Positions 19,945 through 29,865 of a stretch of DNA of 62,418 nucleotides are shown piece after piece; within the stretch, counting starts at the first letter, position 1; each line of letters begins with the position of its first letter. Source of the stretch: Sandaracinaceae bacterium (lineage in GTDB: Bacteria; Myxococcota_A; Polyangia; Polyangiales; Sandaracinaceae); NCBI GenBank assembly GCA_044220955.1, contig JBGAQA010000037.1, forward strand, positions 1 to 62,418. Reading direction: 5' to 3'. Made by a program: the position numbers and the translations under genes. A model generated the notes under the pieces. That model did no database searches and was not told where the DNA came from. It saw only the letters and a program-made list of their open reading frames with translations.

Positions 19945-22900
19945 ATGCACGTTCGATCGCTCACCCGGCTCGGGTCGCTCACCGTCGTCCTCGGCTGCGC
20001 CTCCCTCGCCCTCTTGCTCCCCGCGTGTGACTGCGCCGGCAACACCGGGCCGACGACGACGGACGCGGGCGACACCGGGCCCGCGCTCGACTCGGGACCG
20101 CCGCGGGACGGCGGCCCCGACACCGGCGCGCGCGACACGGGCGGCAGCGACACGAACGCCGACGCGGGCGCGACCAGCGACGCGGGCGGCTGCTCGAGCC
20201 CGGAGACGTGCAACGGGATGGACGACGACTGCGACGGCATGACGGACGAGAACATCGTCGTGACGTGCGGCACGGACATCGGCATCTGCCGCTCCGGGAC
20301 GCAGACTTGCACGGCCGGGACGCTCGGCGCGTGCACGGGTGGCATGAGCGCGGCCCCGGCCGAGATCTGCGGCAACGGCCTCGACGACGACTGCAACGAG
20401 ATGGTCGACGACGGCTGCACGTGCACGAACGGCGCGACGCAGAGCTGCGGGAGCGGTGTCGGCGAGTGTGCCCGCGGCACCCAGACGTGCGCCGCGAGCG
20501 CGTGGGGCGCGTGCGTCGGCGAGGTGACACCGACCGCCGAGCTCTGCGACGGTCTGGACAACAACTGCGACGGCGTGTCCGACGAGACGTTCGCGGGCCT
20601 CGGTGGCGCCTGCGACGGGGCGGACGCAGACATGTGCCGCGAGGGAACCCTCGCGTGCTCTGCCGATCACCTGGGCACGACGTGCAGCGATGCGACGGGC
20701 GACAGCGTCGAGGCGTGCAACGGCGTCGACGACAACTGCGACGGGCGCACCGACGAGGGCTGCTCCTGCACGGACGGGACGACGCAGCCCTGCGGCACGA
20801 TGGTGGGCGCGTGCACGACGGGCACACAGACGTGTGCGTCGGGTGCGTGGGGCACGTGCAGCGGGACCGGGCCGAGCACCGAGGTCTGCGACGGCGTGGA
20901 CAACAACTGCGACGGCAGCACCGACGAGGGCTTCCCCACGCTCGGCATGACGTGCGACGGGGCCGACGCCGACGCGTGCGCCGAGGGCATGTTCGTGTGC
21001 GGCGGCGGCGGCGTCGTCTGCAACGACACGACGGGTGACAGCGTCGAAGTGTGTGACGCCATGGACAACAACTGCGACGGCGCGACGGACGAGGGCTTCA
21101 TGGTCGGGGTGACCTGCGACGGCCCCGACGCCGACATGTGCAGCGAGGGCGCGTTCATGTGCAACGCCAGCGGCGGCGCGACGTGCAGCGACGCGACGGG
21201 CGACAGCGTCGAGACGTGCAACGGGATGGACGACGATTGCGACGGAAACATCGACGAGGGCAACCCGGGAGGCGGCGTCGCGTGCGGGCCCAGCGCGGGC
21301 ACGTGCGTGACGCAGACCGCGTGCGTCGCGGGAGCGATCGTGTGCCGCGGGACGTTCGTCGCGAGCGCCGGGACGGCGACGGGCATGGGCACGCAGGCGA
21401 TGCCGCTCAACAGCATCACGGCCGCGATCACCAACGCCGTCACGATCGGTGGCGGGGCCGACGTCTGCGTCTGCGATCCCGTGGCCGGCTCGCCGGGTCC
21501 GAGCGTGTTCACGGAGAACGTGACGATGGTCGAGGGCGTGAGCGTCCTGGGCGGCTTCGACTGCGCGACGTGGACCGCGAGCGCCAGCGCGACGACCACC
21601 GTCGCCGACATCGACGCGGACGGCCTCACGTTCCCGGCGGGGATCACGACCGGCACGGCCCTCGATCACATGACGGTGCTCGGCCTGGCCGACCCGACGG
21701 CGGGCGCGACGACCTCGGCCGTCACGATCACGGACTCGTCGCCGACCCTCTCGACCGACACCGTCCGCGCCGGGAGCGCGGCGACGGCGATCGGCCTGCG
21801 CGTGGTGCATGCGGCGGCGGCCGCCTCGCCGACCATCATGGGCGGCACCTACTCCTCGAGCGGCGTCCCGAACGGGACCGCGATCGCGGTCTCGCTCGAG
21901 GGCGCGTCGCCGATCTTCAACGCGGTGACCATCGGCGGCGGGCTCTCGTCCGGCGTCGTGGCGTCGCCCACCAGCGCGTACGGCGTGCGCTGCACGGACT
22001 GCGCGGGCTCCTCGTTCACGAACGGCAGCATCACGCCCGCCGGCGCGACCACGACCGCCGTCGGCTTCCAGGGAAGCGGCAACGTCCTTGGGCTGGCGAT
22101 GACGGGCACCACCGTGAACGGCGGCACCACGTCCGCGAACTCGTCCACGTCGACGGGCGTCTCGCTGGTCACCTGCACGGGTGGCTCGACGTTCACGAAC
22201 GTCGGCGCCTTCGGCGGCGCCAACGCGCCGGCGACGACCCCGACGATGACGGTCCGCACCGCGTTCGCGACGAGCGGGGCGGCGTGCGCTCCTTTGATCG
22301 ACGGCGGCCGCTACCGTGGCTGCGAGTTCGGCGTCACGTGCATCGGCGTCGACGCCAGCGCGAGCTCGCCGCTCGCCGTGCGCAACGTGAACCCGGGGGC
22401 GGGCGGCCTGCCGTACGGCATCGTCGGCTCCACCACCGCCGACACGACGATCGGCCTGCGCTGTCAGGGCGGCGCGTGCGCGCGCATCACCACCTCGACC
22501 ATCGACGCCGGCGTGCTGACCCGCGCGCCGGTCCTCGGCGCGGCCGTCTGGCTCAGCGGCGCCTCGCCCCTGATCGACAGCTGCCGCATCACGGGCCCGA
22601 GCGGCGGCGTCATCGCGCCTCCGCAGCAGCAGTTCTACGGGATGTACCTGCACGACACGACGTCGACGATCTCGAACAACGTGATCCACGACGGCCTCTG
22701 CGGTCTGCGCGTGATGGACGTGCTCTTCGACATGACGCCGAACCCCGCCGGTCCGAGCGCGGCCCCGACGGTCGTGAACAACACGCTCGACTACCGCTCG
22801 GCGAACCTCGCGGGGGCGCGCCTCGGCCTCGTGTTCTTCTCCAACAGCGCCGGGACGCCCGCAGCCGGCGTGTTCCGCAACAACTTCATCCACAACCTCG

Positions 22901-23253
22901 GGGCCACGGGCACGACCACTCCGGTGATCGAGGCCAACGTGAACAGCGACCCGATGACCTTCGAGAACAACGCGCTCTGGGATCCGACCGCGGCGGGCGG
23001 CGGGCTCTACGTCGACGAGGCGAGCATGAACCTGACGACCGCCGCGATGATCAACGCGCTGCCGGGCGCCGCGAGCAACGTCGTCGTCGACTGCATGCTC
23101 AACGCGACGTTCCACCTGACGGCGGGCTCGATGTGCATCGACGCCGGCACCAACACGACCTGCCCGGCGACGGACTTCGAGGCCCAGAGCCGTCCGTTCT
23201 CGGCGACCGCACCGGCGTTCTGCGACATCGGCGCCGACGAGCTCCACCCCTGA
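19945..23253 (+). CDS. Large Cys-rich surface lipoprotein: 7 E.C(D/N)G.D.(D/N)CDG..DE repeats plus a C-terminal beta-helix-like region
   Basis: Lipobox-like LPAC; MopE-like putative metal-binding repeats; NNVIH/NNTLD/NNFIH beta-helix pattern; C-terminal FHLTAGSMCIDAG...CDIGADE. Confidence 0.88.
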   Translation: MHVRSLTRLGSLTVVLGCASLALLLPACDCAGNTGPTTTDAGDTGPALDSGPPRDGGPDTGARDTGGSDTNADAGATSDAGGCSSPETCNGMDDDCDGMTDENIVVTCGTDIGICRSGTQTCTAGTLGACTGGMSAAPAEICGNGLDDDCNEMVDDGCTCTNGATQSCGSGVGECARGTQTCAASAWGACVGEVTPTAELCDGLDNNCDGVSDETFAGLGGACDGADADMCREGTLACSADHLGTTCSDATGDSVEACNGVDDNCDGRTDEGCSCTDGTTQPCGTMVGACTTGTQTCASGAWGTCSGTGPSTEVCDGVDNNCDGSTDEGFPTLGMTCDGADADACAEGMFVCGGGGVVCNDTTGDSVEVCDAMDNNCDGATDEGFMVGVTCDGPDADMCSEGAFMCNASGGATCSDATGDSVETCNGMDDDCDGNIDEGNPGGGVACGPSAGTCVTQTACVAGAIVCRGTFVASAGTATGMGTQAMPLNSITAAITNAVTIGGGADVCVCDPVAGSPGPSVFTENVTMVEGVSVLGGFDCATWTASASATTTVADIDADGLTFPAGITTGTALDHMTVLGLADPTAGATTSAVTITDSSPTLSTDTVRAGSAATAIGLRVVHAAAAASPTIMGGTYSSSGVPNGTAIAVSLEGASPIFNAVTIGGGLSSGVVASPTSAYGVRCTDCAGSSFTNGSITPAGATTTAVGFQGSGNVLGLAMTGTTVNGGTTSANSSTSTGVSLVTCTGGSTFTNVGAFGGANAPATTPTMTVRTAFATSGAACAPLIDGGRYRGCEFGVTCIGVDASASSPLAVRNVNPGAGGLPYGIVGSTTADTTIGLRCQGGACARITTSTIDAGVLTRAPVLGAAVWLSGASPLIDSCRITGPSGGVIAPPQQQFYGMYLHDTTSTISNNVIHDGLCGLRVMDVLFDMTPNPAGPSAAPTVVNNTLDYRSANLAGARLGLVFFSNSAGTPAAGVFRNNFIHNLGATGTTTPVIEANVNSDPMTFENNALWDPTAAGGGLYVDEASMNLTTAAMINALPGAASNVVVDCMLNATFHLTAGSMCIDAGTNTTCPATDFEAQSRPFSATAPAFCDIGADELHP

Positions 23254-23254
23254 G

Positions 23255-23380
23255 CTTCCAGGGGCCCTGAGCGGGCCCCTCGCCGCACCGGCGGAGCCGG
23301 ATGCGTCTCACCCCTCGCTCCGACTCGTCGCTTCGCTCCTCGCGAGGCACACCGCTCGTCGCGCGCGACCGCCGGATCGT
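23255..23380. repeat. Structured intergenic repeat, copy B (homologous to 4733-4870)
   Basis: aggggccc-tgagc-gggcccct hairpin, accggcggagccggat, ctcacccct, cgaggcacaccgctcgtcgcgcgc. Confidence 0.8.
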
Positions 23381-23501
23381 GCCCGCGGCCGTCGTCGATT
23401 TTTTGGGACAGCCTTTGAGTTCTCAGGCGGCGTGAGCCGCTCGGGCAGGGGCCCTGAGCCGCTCGGGATGGATCCCGTCTCTCGCGCTCCGGCTCCCTCC
23501 G

Positions 23502-24959
23502 TCAGAGCACACATGCGCGCCGCGCGTCGACGGTGGCGACGGCGCGCAGGATGTCGCGGAAGGCTCCCTCGTAGGACCCGTCGCAGATCGAAGCGAGGGC
23601 GTGGCTGCCGCCTGCGCAGGAGATGCGCTCGGCGAGCTGCACCAGGCGCCGCCCGGGAGCGCCGACGCTCGGCTCGGACGGACCGGCGGCGGCGACGCAG
23701 GCCGGCACCACGTTCCGCCCGCTCGCGTCGGGCGCGAGCTGCATCGCGGGAAGAGCCAGGATCTGCGCCGGCGAGAGCGTTCCTGCGCCCGCAGGGATGC
23801 CCGCGATCGCGGCGAAGAACACGTCCTGCGGGCTCTGCCGCAAGGAGAGCAGGCGCTCGGCGATCGCGCCGACGGGCGTGAGCTGGTCTTCGAAGGTCGG
23901 GCAGCGCAGGTTCGGCGCCACGCCGCCGAACCTGACGCTCTCGAGCTCGTAGAACGAGACGTCGTCGGTCGAGCAGTCGTCGCTGTCGGTCACGACGACG
24001 ACGGCCAGCGTCGAGTCCGGGCGCAGGAACGCCTCGTTCTCGGGGGAGTCGCCGTGCCCGCGGCTGCCATCGTGGAAGGTGATGGGCTCGTAGCCGGGGC
24101 TCGTCCACGACGTCGGAAGGGAGGGAGAGACCGCGAGGAGCGCGGCCGAGAGCGGCTGCGAGAAGCCGCAGCCCGTCGCCTCCACCGTCAGGCCACAGCT
24201 GAGGTTCGAGGCGAAGGCCGACGGGGCGTCGCGGTACGTCTCGAAGAAGAAGACCGGCGTGCCGGGGCAGGACGTGCCGCGGGCGAGGATCCCGTCGTCG
24301 CCCGTCGCGTCGCAGTTCGACGTCGAGGCCGACCCGACGCCGAGGTCGGTGGTGACCACCCCGACGTGCAGCGAGGCGACCGGCGCGACGTCCTGCGCGT
24401 GGTCTCCGTCGAGGTCGCCGCTCGCGAGCGCCGCCGCCGCCGCCGGCAGCGCGGCACGGAGCAGCTCGAGCTCCGCGGACATGGAGCTCGAGTTGTCGAT
24501 GACGAAGAGCAGATCGAGCGTGCTCGGCACACGCACGACGGTGCCGGCGCAGCGGCACTCGCCCTGGGTGCACGTCTCGTTCACGGCGCAGGTCGACTCG
24601 TCGGTGCGGCCGTCGCAGTCGTCGTCGACGTCGTTGCAGCGCTCGACGCAGGGCGCGCACGCGCAGATGCCGGTGTCGCAGGCCCAGTGGTTCGGGCAGG
24701 GCCGCTCGGGGCCGCATGCCGGCATGCAGAGGTGCGTCGCCGTCGCGCAGACGAGCTCGGCGCTGCCGCACGCGGCGTCGCTCTCGCACGGCGAACCGAC
24801 CACGCAGTCGGGGTCGAGGGTGTCGAGAAGACCGTCGAGGTCGTCGTCCTGCCCGTCGAAGCAGTCCTCGCGCATGGACCCCGGATACGGGAGCACCGCG
24901 GTGCAGCCGATCAGCACCGCGACGCAAGCGAACGGTGTGGCGGTGCGGGCGAGGTCCAC
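23502..24959 (-). CDS. Cys-rich lipoprotein with a vWA-like domain (CglB-like architecture)
   Basis: Lipobox LIGC; DLLFVIDNSSSM, LHVGVVTTDLG, FLRPDSTLAVVVVTDSDDCS. Confidence 0.82.
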   Translation of the reverse strand: MDLARTATPFACVAVLIGCTAVLPYPGSMREDCFDGQDDDLDGLLDTLDPDCVVGSPCESDAACGSAELVCATATHLCMPACGPERPCPNHWACDTGICACAPCVERCNDVDDDCDGRTDESTCAVNETCTQGECRCAGTVVRVPSTLDLLFVIDNSSSMSAELELLRAALPAAAAALASGDLDGDHAQDVAPVASLHVGVVTTDLGVGSASTSNCDATGDDGILARGTSCPGTPVFFFETYRDAPSAFASNLSCGLTVEATGCGFSQPLSAALLAVSPSLPTSWTSPGYEPITFHDGSRGHGDSPENEAFLRPDSTLAVVVVTDSDDCSTDDVSFYELESVRFGGVAPNLRCPTFEDQLTPVGAIAERLLSLRQSPQDVFFAAIAGIPAGAGTLSPAQILALPAMQLAPDASGRNVVPACVAAAGPSEPSVGAPGRRLVQLAERISCAGGSHALASICDGSYEGAFRDILRAVATVDARRACVL

Positions 24960-24963
24960 CCGC

Positions 24964-26595
24964 TCAGCTCTTCTCGCGCATGCCGGGCGCCTCGCGTCCC
25001 GTGCGCGCGACGTACTCGGTGTATCCGCCGCCGTACACGCGCGGCGGCTGGCCCGCGCCGACCTCCAGCACGCGGTTGCTGAGCGCGGCGAGGAAGCGGC
25101 GGTCGTGCGACACGAAGAGCATGGTGCCCTGGAAGTTCCCGAGCGTCTCGATCATCAGCTCCTTGGTGTCGACGTCGAGGTGGTTGGTCGGCTCGTCGAG
25201 CACGAGGAAATTCGGCGGGTCGTAGAGCATGCGTGCCATCACCACGCGCGCCTTCTCGCCGCCGGAGAGCACCCGCACCGGCTTGTCGACGTCGTCGCCG
25301 GGAAAGCCGAACACGCCGGCGAGCGTGCGCAGCGAGCCCTGGGACGAGGTCGGGAACGCCTCGAGGAGCGTGTCCCAGACGGTCTTGTCGGGCGCGAGGA
25401 GGTCCATCGCGTGCTGGGCGAAGTAGCCGATCTTCACGCTCGCTCCGACCGTCACCCGCCCGGCGTCCGGCTGCGTCGCGTTCACGACCAGCTTCAGGAG
25501 CGTGCTCTTGCCCGCGCCGTTCGCGCCCATCACGCACCAGCGCTCGCCGATGCGGATGAGGTGGTCGAAGTTCGTGTAGATCTTCCGGTCGCCGTAGCCC
25601 TTGTCGACGTGCTCGAGGCGCGCGACGTCCTCGCCCGAGCGCGGCGGGTTGGGAAAGTCGAAGCGCAGCTTCTTGCGCGTGCGCGGGGGCTCGACGCGCT
25701 CGATCTTCTCGAGCTTCTTCACGCGCGACTGCACCTGCGCCGCGTGGGAGGCGCGCGCCTTGAAGCGCGCGATGAAGGCCTCTTCCTTCTTCAGCATCGC
25801 CTGCTGCCGCTCGAACTGCGCTTCCTTCTGCGACTCGGCGAGCGCGCGCTGCCCGAGGTAGAAGTCGTAGTTCCCCGTGTAGGTCGTGAGGTCGCCGGCG
25901 TCGATCTCGAGGATCTTGTTGACGATGCGGTTCATGAACTCGAGGTCGTGCGAGGTCATGACGAGAGCGCCGTCGAAGCCCTTCAGGAACGCCTCGAGCC
26001 AGAGGATCGACTCGAGATCGAGGTGGTTCGTCGGCTCGTCGAGGAGCAGGACGTCGGGCTTCATCAAGAGGATGCGCGCGAGCGCGACGCGCATCTTCCA
26101 GCCACCCGAGAGGGCGCCGACGTCCCCGTCCATCACCGCCTGCTCGAAGCCGAGGCCCGCGAGGATCTCCCGCGCGCGCGACTCGAGCCCGTAGCCACCC
26201 CACTGCTCGAACTTCCCTTGCGCCTCTCCGAAGCGCTCGAGCAGCGCGTCCATCTGATCGGACTTGTCCGGGTCGGCCAGATCGACCTCGAGCTGGCGCA
26301 GCTCGCGCATGACCTCGGACACGGGCCCCGCGCCGTCCATCGTCTCCTCGACCACGGACTTGCCGGACATCTCGCCCACGTCCTGCGAGAAGTAGCCGAT
26401 GCGGAGGCCGCGATCGATCGCGATGCGCCCGGTGTCCGCCTCCTCTTCCTGCACGATGAGCCGGAAGATCGTGCTCTTGCCCGACCCGTTCGGACCGACG
26501 AGGCCGATCTTCTCGCCGCGGTTCACCGCCGCGGAGGCCTCGTAGAAGAGGATCTGACCCCCGTGCTGCCTGCCGATCCCATCGAGCCGAATCAT
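24964..26595 (-). CDS. ABC-F family ATP-binding protein
   Basis: Two ABC domains: GPNGSGKST, LSGGWKMR, LLDEPTNHLD; GANGAGKST, LSGGEKAR, LDEPTNHLD; no TM segments. Confidence 0.95.
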   Translation of the reverse strand: MIRLDGIGRQHGGQILFYEASAAVNRGEKIGLVGPNGSGKSTIFRLIVQEEEADTGRIAIDRGLRIGYFSQDVGEMSGKSVVEETMDGAGPVSEVMRELRQLEVDLADPDKSDQMDALLERFGEAQGKFEQWGGYGLESRAREILAGLGFEQAVMDGDVGALSGGWKMRVALARILLMKPDVLLLDEPTNHLDLESILWLEAFLKGFDGALVMTSHDLEFMNRIVNKILEIDAGDLTTYTGNYDFYLGQRALAESQKEAQFERQQAMLKKEEAFIARFKARASHAAQVQSRVKKLEKIERVEPPRTRKKLRFDFPNPPRSGEDVARLEHVDKGYGDRKIYTNFDHLIRIGERWCVMGANGAGKSTLLKLVVNATQPDAGRVTVGASVKIGYFAQHAMDLLAPDKTVWDTLLEAFPTSSQGSLRTLAGVFGFPGDDVDKPVRVLSGGEKARVVMARMLYDPPNFLVLDEPTNHLDVDTKELMIETLGNFQGTMLFVSHDRRFLAALSNRVLEVGAGQPPRVYGGGYTEYVARTGREAPGMREKS

Positions 26596-26656
26596 GAGGG
26601 GCGGAGGGTTAGCACGCGCCGGGAGCGACCGGCCGCGGCGAGCGGGTCGCGGCGGG

Positions 26657-28174
26657 TCAGGGGATCTGCACGCGCGTCGGCACCGCGCTCGCTCCCGTCG
26701 CGCTCACGACGCCGTCGCCGAGCTGCCCCCACTGCTGCGAGCCCCAGCAGTAGACCTCCCCCGCGTCGGTGCGCGCGCACATCGCCGACTCGCTCGCGAC
26801 GATCTCGGCCACCTGGGTGAGCCCGGGCAGCTGCACGAGCGCGCTCGTCGCGGCGGGCAGGGTCGGTCCTTGGCCCGCGCAGTACACCTCGCCCGTCGGC
26901 GTCCACGCGCAGACGGCGTCGAAGGCGACGGCGAGCCCCGCGAAGGTGACGCCCGCGGGGTGGGAGAGCAGCTGCACCGACGCCTCGCACATGCCCTGTG
27001 CACAAGGGAGGCCGGTCGCGGTCGGCCCGAGCATCGGGCCGACGACGCCCCAGCAGCCGAGCGTCGTGCCGTGCCCGAAGATCGCGCAGGTGTGGATCGC
27101 ACACGTCTGCATCGCGTCGGCGGGCGGGAAGGGCGCGACCACGCCCGTCAGCTGATCGGCGTCCTGCGCGAGGCCGAGCTCCCACGCGGTGTTGTTGCCC
27201 ACGCCGCGGATGGTCCCGTCGTCGAGCAGCACCATCGAGTGGCTCTGGCTCGTGCTGAGCGCGCGCGCCCCCGGGCCGAGCTCGGTCGCGGCGACGGCGA
27301 GCGTCGAGGCGACGTGCGTGAGATCACCGAGCTGCCCCGCGCCGTTCTCGCCCGCGCACCAGACCTCGCCCGTCGCGCCGACGCGCATGCAGACCGAAGC
27401 GTGCGCGGCGTCGACCTCGCGCACGTCGGTGAGGGGCCCGCCCGAGCGCGCCACGGGGACGGGATCGAAGCTCCCGGCCATGAGCGACCAGCAGCTCGCC
27501 TCGCCGCCGATCACGACGCAGCTCGATCCCCCGCCGCCGGTCACGTCCGTGACCGAGTCGAGCGCGACGCCGCTCGCGTCGAGCGCCTGCACCGGGGTCG
27601 GCGAGCAGTCGGGGCAGGCGCCGTGCGCGACCAGCCGATCGCCGAGCTGGCCCTGGTCCGAGTGTCCCCAGCACCACAGCGTGCCGTCGCGGCGGATCGC
27701 ACAGAAGTGCCCCTCGCCGGCGCCGAGCGCGACCACCTCGCGACACGCGCTCCCGCTGCAGACCGACCCGTCGAGATCCTGGCCCGCGTCCCGTCCGCCG
27801 TCACCCGCCGCGCCGGCGTCGTCTCGGACGGGCAGACACGCGCCGTCGCTGCACACGCCGTCGGGGCACGTGAACGTCGCATCGCACGCGTTCCGGCACT
27901 CGTCGTCACGGCACGCGAACCCGAGCGGACAGTCGTGCGTCGCGCAGGAGTCGACGTCGAGCGAGCACGCGGCGCTGCCCGAGCGCGGGTCGACGAGACA
28001 GCGCGCGCGCGGGCCGCAGTCGGCGCTCGTCACGCACGCGGCGCGGCAGCGACCGAGCGCGCACGTCAGCGGCGCTTCGCACTCGCTCGTGCGCACGCAC
28101 AGCGCTCCCTCGGCCGGCGCCGCCTGACACGCCGCGAGCGCGAGCGCGACGAGCGCGGGCGCGAGCCTCGTCAC
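26657..28174 (-). CDS. Cys-rich RCC1-repeat lipoprotein (paralog 2)
   Basis: Lipobox LAAC; Cys-rich N-domain; HFCA...LWCWG...GQLGD repeats; GTGA coupling. Confidence 0.85.
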   Translation of the reverse strand: MTRLAPALVALALAACQAAPAEGALCVRTSECEAPLTCALGRCRAACVTSADCGPRARCLVDPRSGSAACSLDVDSCATHDCPLGFACRDDECRNACDATFTCPDGVCSDGACLPVRDDAGAAGDGGRDAGQDLDGSVCSGSACREVVALGAGEGHFCAIRRDGTLWCWGHSDQGQLGDRLVAHGACPDCSPTPVQALDASGVALDSVTDVTGGGGSSCVVIGGEASCWSLMAGSFDPVPVARSGGPLTDVREVDAAHASVCMRVGATGEVWCAGENGAGQLGDLTHVASTLAVAATELGPGARALSTSQSHSMVLLDDGTIRGVGNNTAWELGLAQDADQLTGVVAPFPPADAMQTCAIHTCAIFGHGTTLGCWGVVGPMLGPTATGLPCAQGMCEASVQLLSHPAGVTFAGLAVAFDAVCAWTPTGEVYCAGQGPTLPAATSALVQLPGLTQVAEIVASESAMCARTDAGEVYCWGSQQWGQLGDGVVSATGASAVPTRVQIP

Positions 28175-29724
28175 CAGATCACCGGACGCGGGAAGGGGTC
28201 CAGGCCACCGGTCGTGCCTCGCCCGAGCTGTCCGTGCTCGTCGTAGCCCCAGCAGAAGACGTCGCCCGTGCCGGTGAGCGCGCAGGCATGCCGATCGACC
28301 GAGACGTCGGCGACGATCGTACCGGGCGGGAGCGCGACGCGACGCGGCGCGGGCGTCCGTCCGAAGGGCGCCTGATCGCCGCCGCCCCACGCGTAGAGCT
28401 CGCCGGCGGCCGTGACGCCGAAGAAGGAGAACGTGCCGCCGCCGAAGAGCCGCACGAGCGGAGCGCTCGCGGGCTGCAGGATGACCTGAGGCGTGCTCGT
28501 GCACGGGTCGTCCCCCGAGCAGCAGCCGGCGCAGTTCGCGAACACCTCGGTGGTCTGACCGAGCACGCTGGGCTGGTACCCGGCGTAGCCCCACGCACGG
28601 AGCTCGCCCCCGCTCGTGAGCGCGGCCGTGTCCCAGAACGTGACCGCGAGCGACGTGATGCCCGCGAGCGGCGCGGGGATGGGCGTCAGGGCGTCCGCGC
28701 TCGGCGTGGGGCCGCCGAGGAGCGTGCACTCGTCGTTGCCGACGGCGAGCACGTGTCCATCGGGATAGAGCACCTCCGTGGTGGCGAAGCCCAGCGCGAG
28801 CGCTGCCGCGCCGTCCGGCAGGACGCTCGCGTGCACCGCCTCGTCGCGCGGCGCCGTGTCGCCGGTCCCGAGCATGCCGCCCCCGTTGTCTCCCCAGCAC
28901 CAGACCTCGCTCGCGGTACCGACGAGCGCGCAGAAGTGCGAGCGACCCGCGACGAGCGACGTCGCGCCGTGGATCGGGGCCTCTTGCGCGGGAACGATCC
29001 TCCCGCCGCCCCAGCACCAGATCGTCCCGTCCCTCCGCCGCACGCAGGTGTCGCCCGCGCTGGCGGCGACCTCGACGACGTCGTCGAAGGGCGCGCCGGT
29101 CTCGTCGAGCGCGCGCACGGGCGAGGGCGCGCAGTCGGCGCAGCCCGGGTGGGCGACGAGGCCGTCACCGAGCGCCGCGCTCTGGGAGCTTCCCCAGCCC
29201 CAGACCGCACCCGACGCGGTGACCGCGAACGAGCGATCGGCCTGCATGGCGAGGTCGACGACGGGATCGCACGCCGGGCCATGACACGGGGGGCCCGCGT
29301 CCGTGTCCGCGTCGCCCGGCGGCGCCGCAGCGTCGACGCCGGCGTCGCCCGGGATCGGACCCGCGTCGCCCGCGACCGTGATGCACGCGCCGCCGACGCA
29401 GATGCCGTCGGGACAGCGAACGATCTCTCCGCACGCGTTGAGGCACTCACCCGAGACGCAGAGAAATCCCGCGGCGCACTCGTCGCCGCGCACGCAGCCG
29501 TCCGCCACCGTCAGCGAGCACACGCCGAGCCCGGTCGCGGGCTCGACGAGGCAGCGCTCGCTCGGGTCGCAATCACGACTGCTGCGGCACGCGGCGCGGC
29601 AGTGACCGATCGAACAGACCAGCGACGCCGCGCACTGCGCGGGGCGCGAGCACGGCGAGCCGAGCGGCGCCGCCGACTGACAGCCGAGCACCAGGAGCGC
29701 GAGCGTGAGCCCCGACCGACGCAC
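28171..29724 (-). CDS. Cys-rich RCC1-repeat lipoprotein (paralog 1)
   Basis: Lipobox VLGC; CRAAC..S.DC N-domain; VWCWGDN/VFCWGYDEHGQLG repeats. Confidence 0.85.
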   Translation of the reverse strand: MRRSGLTLALLVLGCQSAAPLGSPCSRPAQCAASLVCSIGHCRAACRSSRDCDPSERCLVEPATGLGVCSLTVADGCVRGDECAAGFLCVSGECLNACGEIVRCPDGICVGGACITVAGDAGPIPGDAGVDAAAPPGDADTDAGPPCHGPACDPVVDLAMQADRSFAVTASGAVWGWGSSQSAALGDGLVAHPGCADCAPSPVRALDETGAPFDDVVEVAASAGDTCVRRRDGTIWCWGGGRIVPAQEAPIHGATSLVAGRSHFCALVGTASEVWCWGDNGGGMLGTGDTAPRDEAVHASVLPDGAAALALGFATTEVLYPDGHVLAVGNDECTLLGGPTPSADALTPIPAPLAGITSLAVTFWDTAALTSGGELRAWGYAGYQPSVLGQTTEVFANCAGCCSGDDPCTSTPQVILQPASAPLVRLFGGGTFSFFGVTAAGELYAWGGGDQAPFGRTPAPRRVALPPGTIVADVSVDRHACALTGTGDVFCWGYDEHGQLGRGTTGGLDPFPRPVIW

Positions 29725-29865
29725 GCGGCCAGGATACTCCTCCGCGTCGGCGAAGCGACGGGAGCTCCGAGCGCCGTCCGAGCCCGTCGGCCGTCTTCCC
29801 ACCGCGTCCGATCCGGAGAGGACTCGTTCCGCGCGGACGCGGCGGGGTGGTATGACGTGGGGGCG

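Noticed and set aside
20200..21260. CRISPR-like or DGR-like repeats
   Set aside because: The repeats are in-frame coding Cys/Asp motifs with synonymous variation; no cas or reverse transcriptase gene is in the window.
19429..23247. 1272-aa minus-strand ORF and many other long Arg/Ala-rich ORFs
   Set aside because: Shadow frames of high-GC genes with no family motifs; the opposite or alternate frame has the codon bias and recognisable domains.
23399..23414. IS end-like sequence ttttttgggacagcct
   Set aside because: Resembles some IS terminal repeats, but no partner end or transposase is visible; too short to support.
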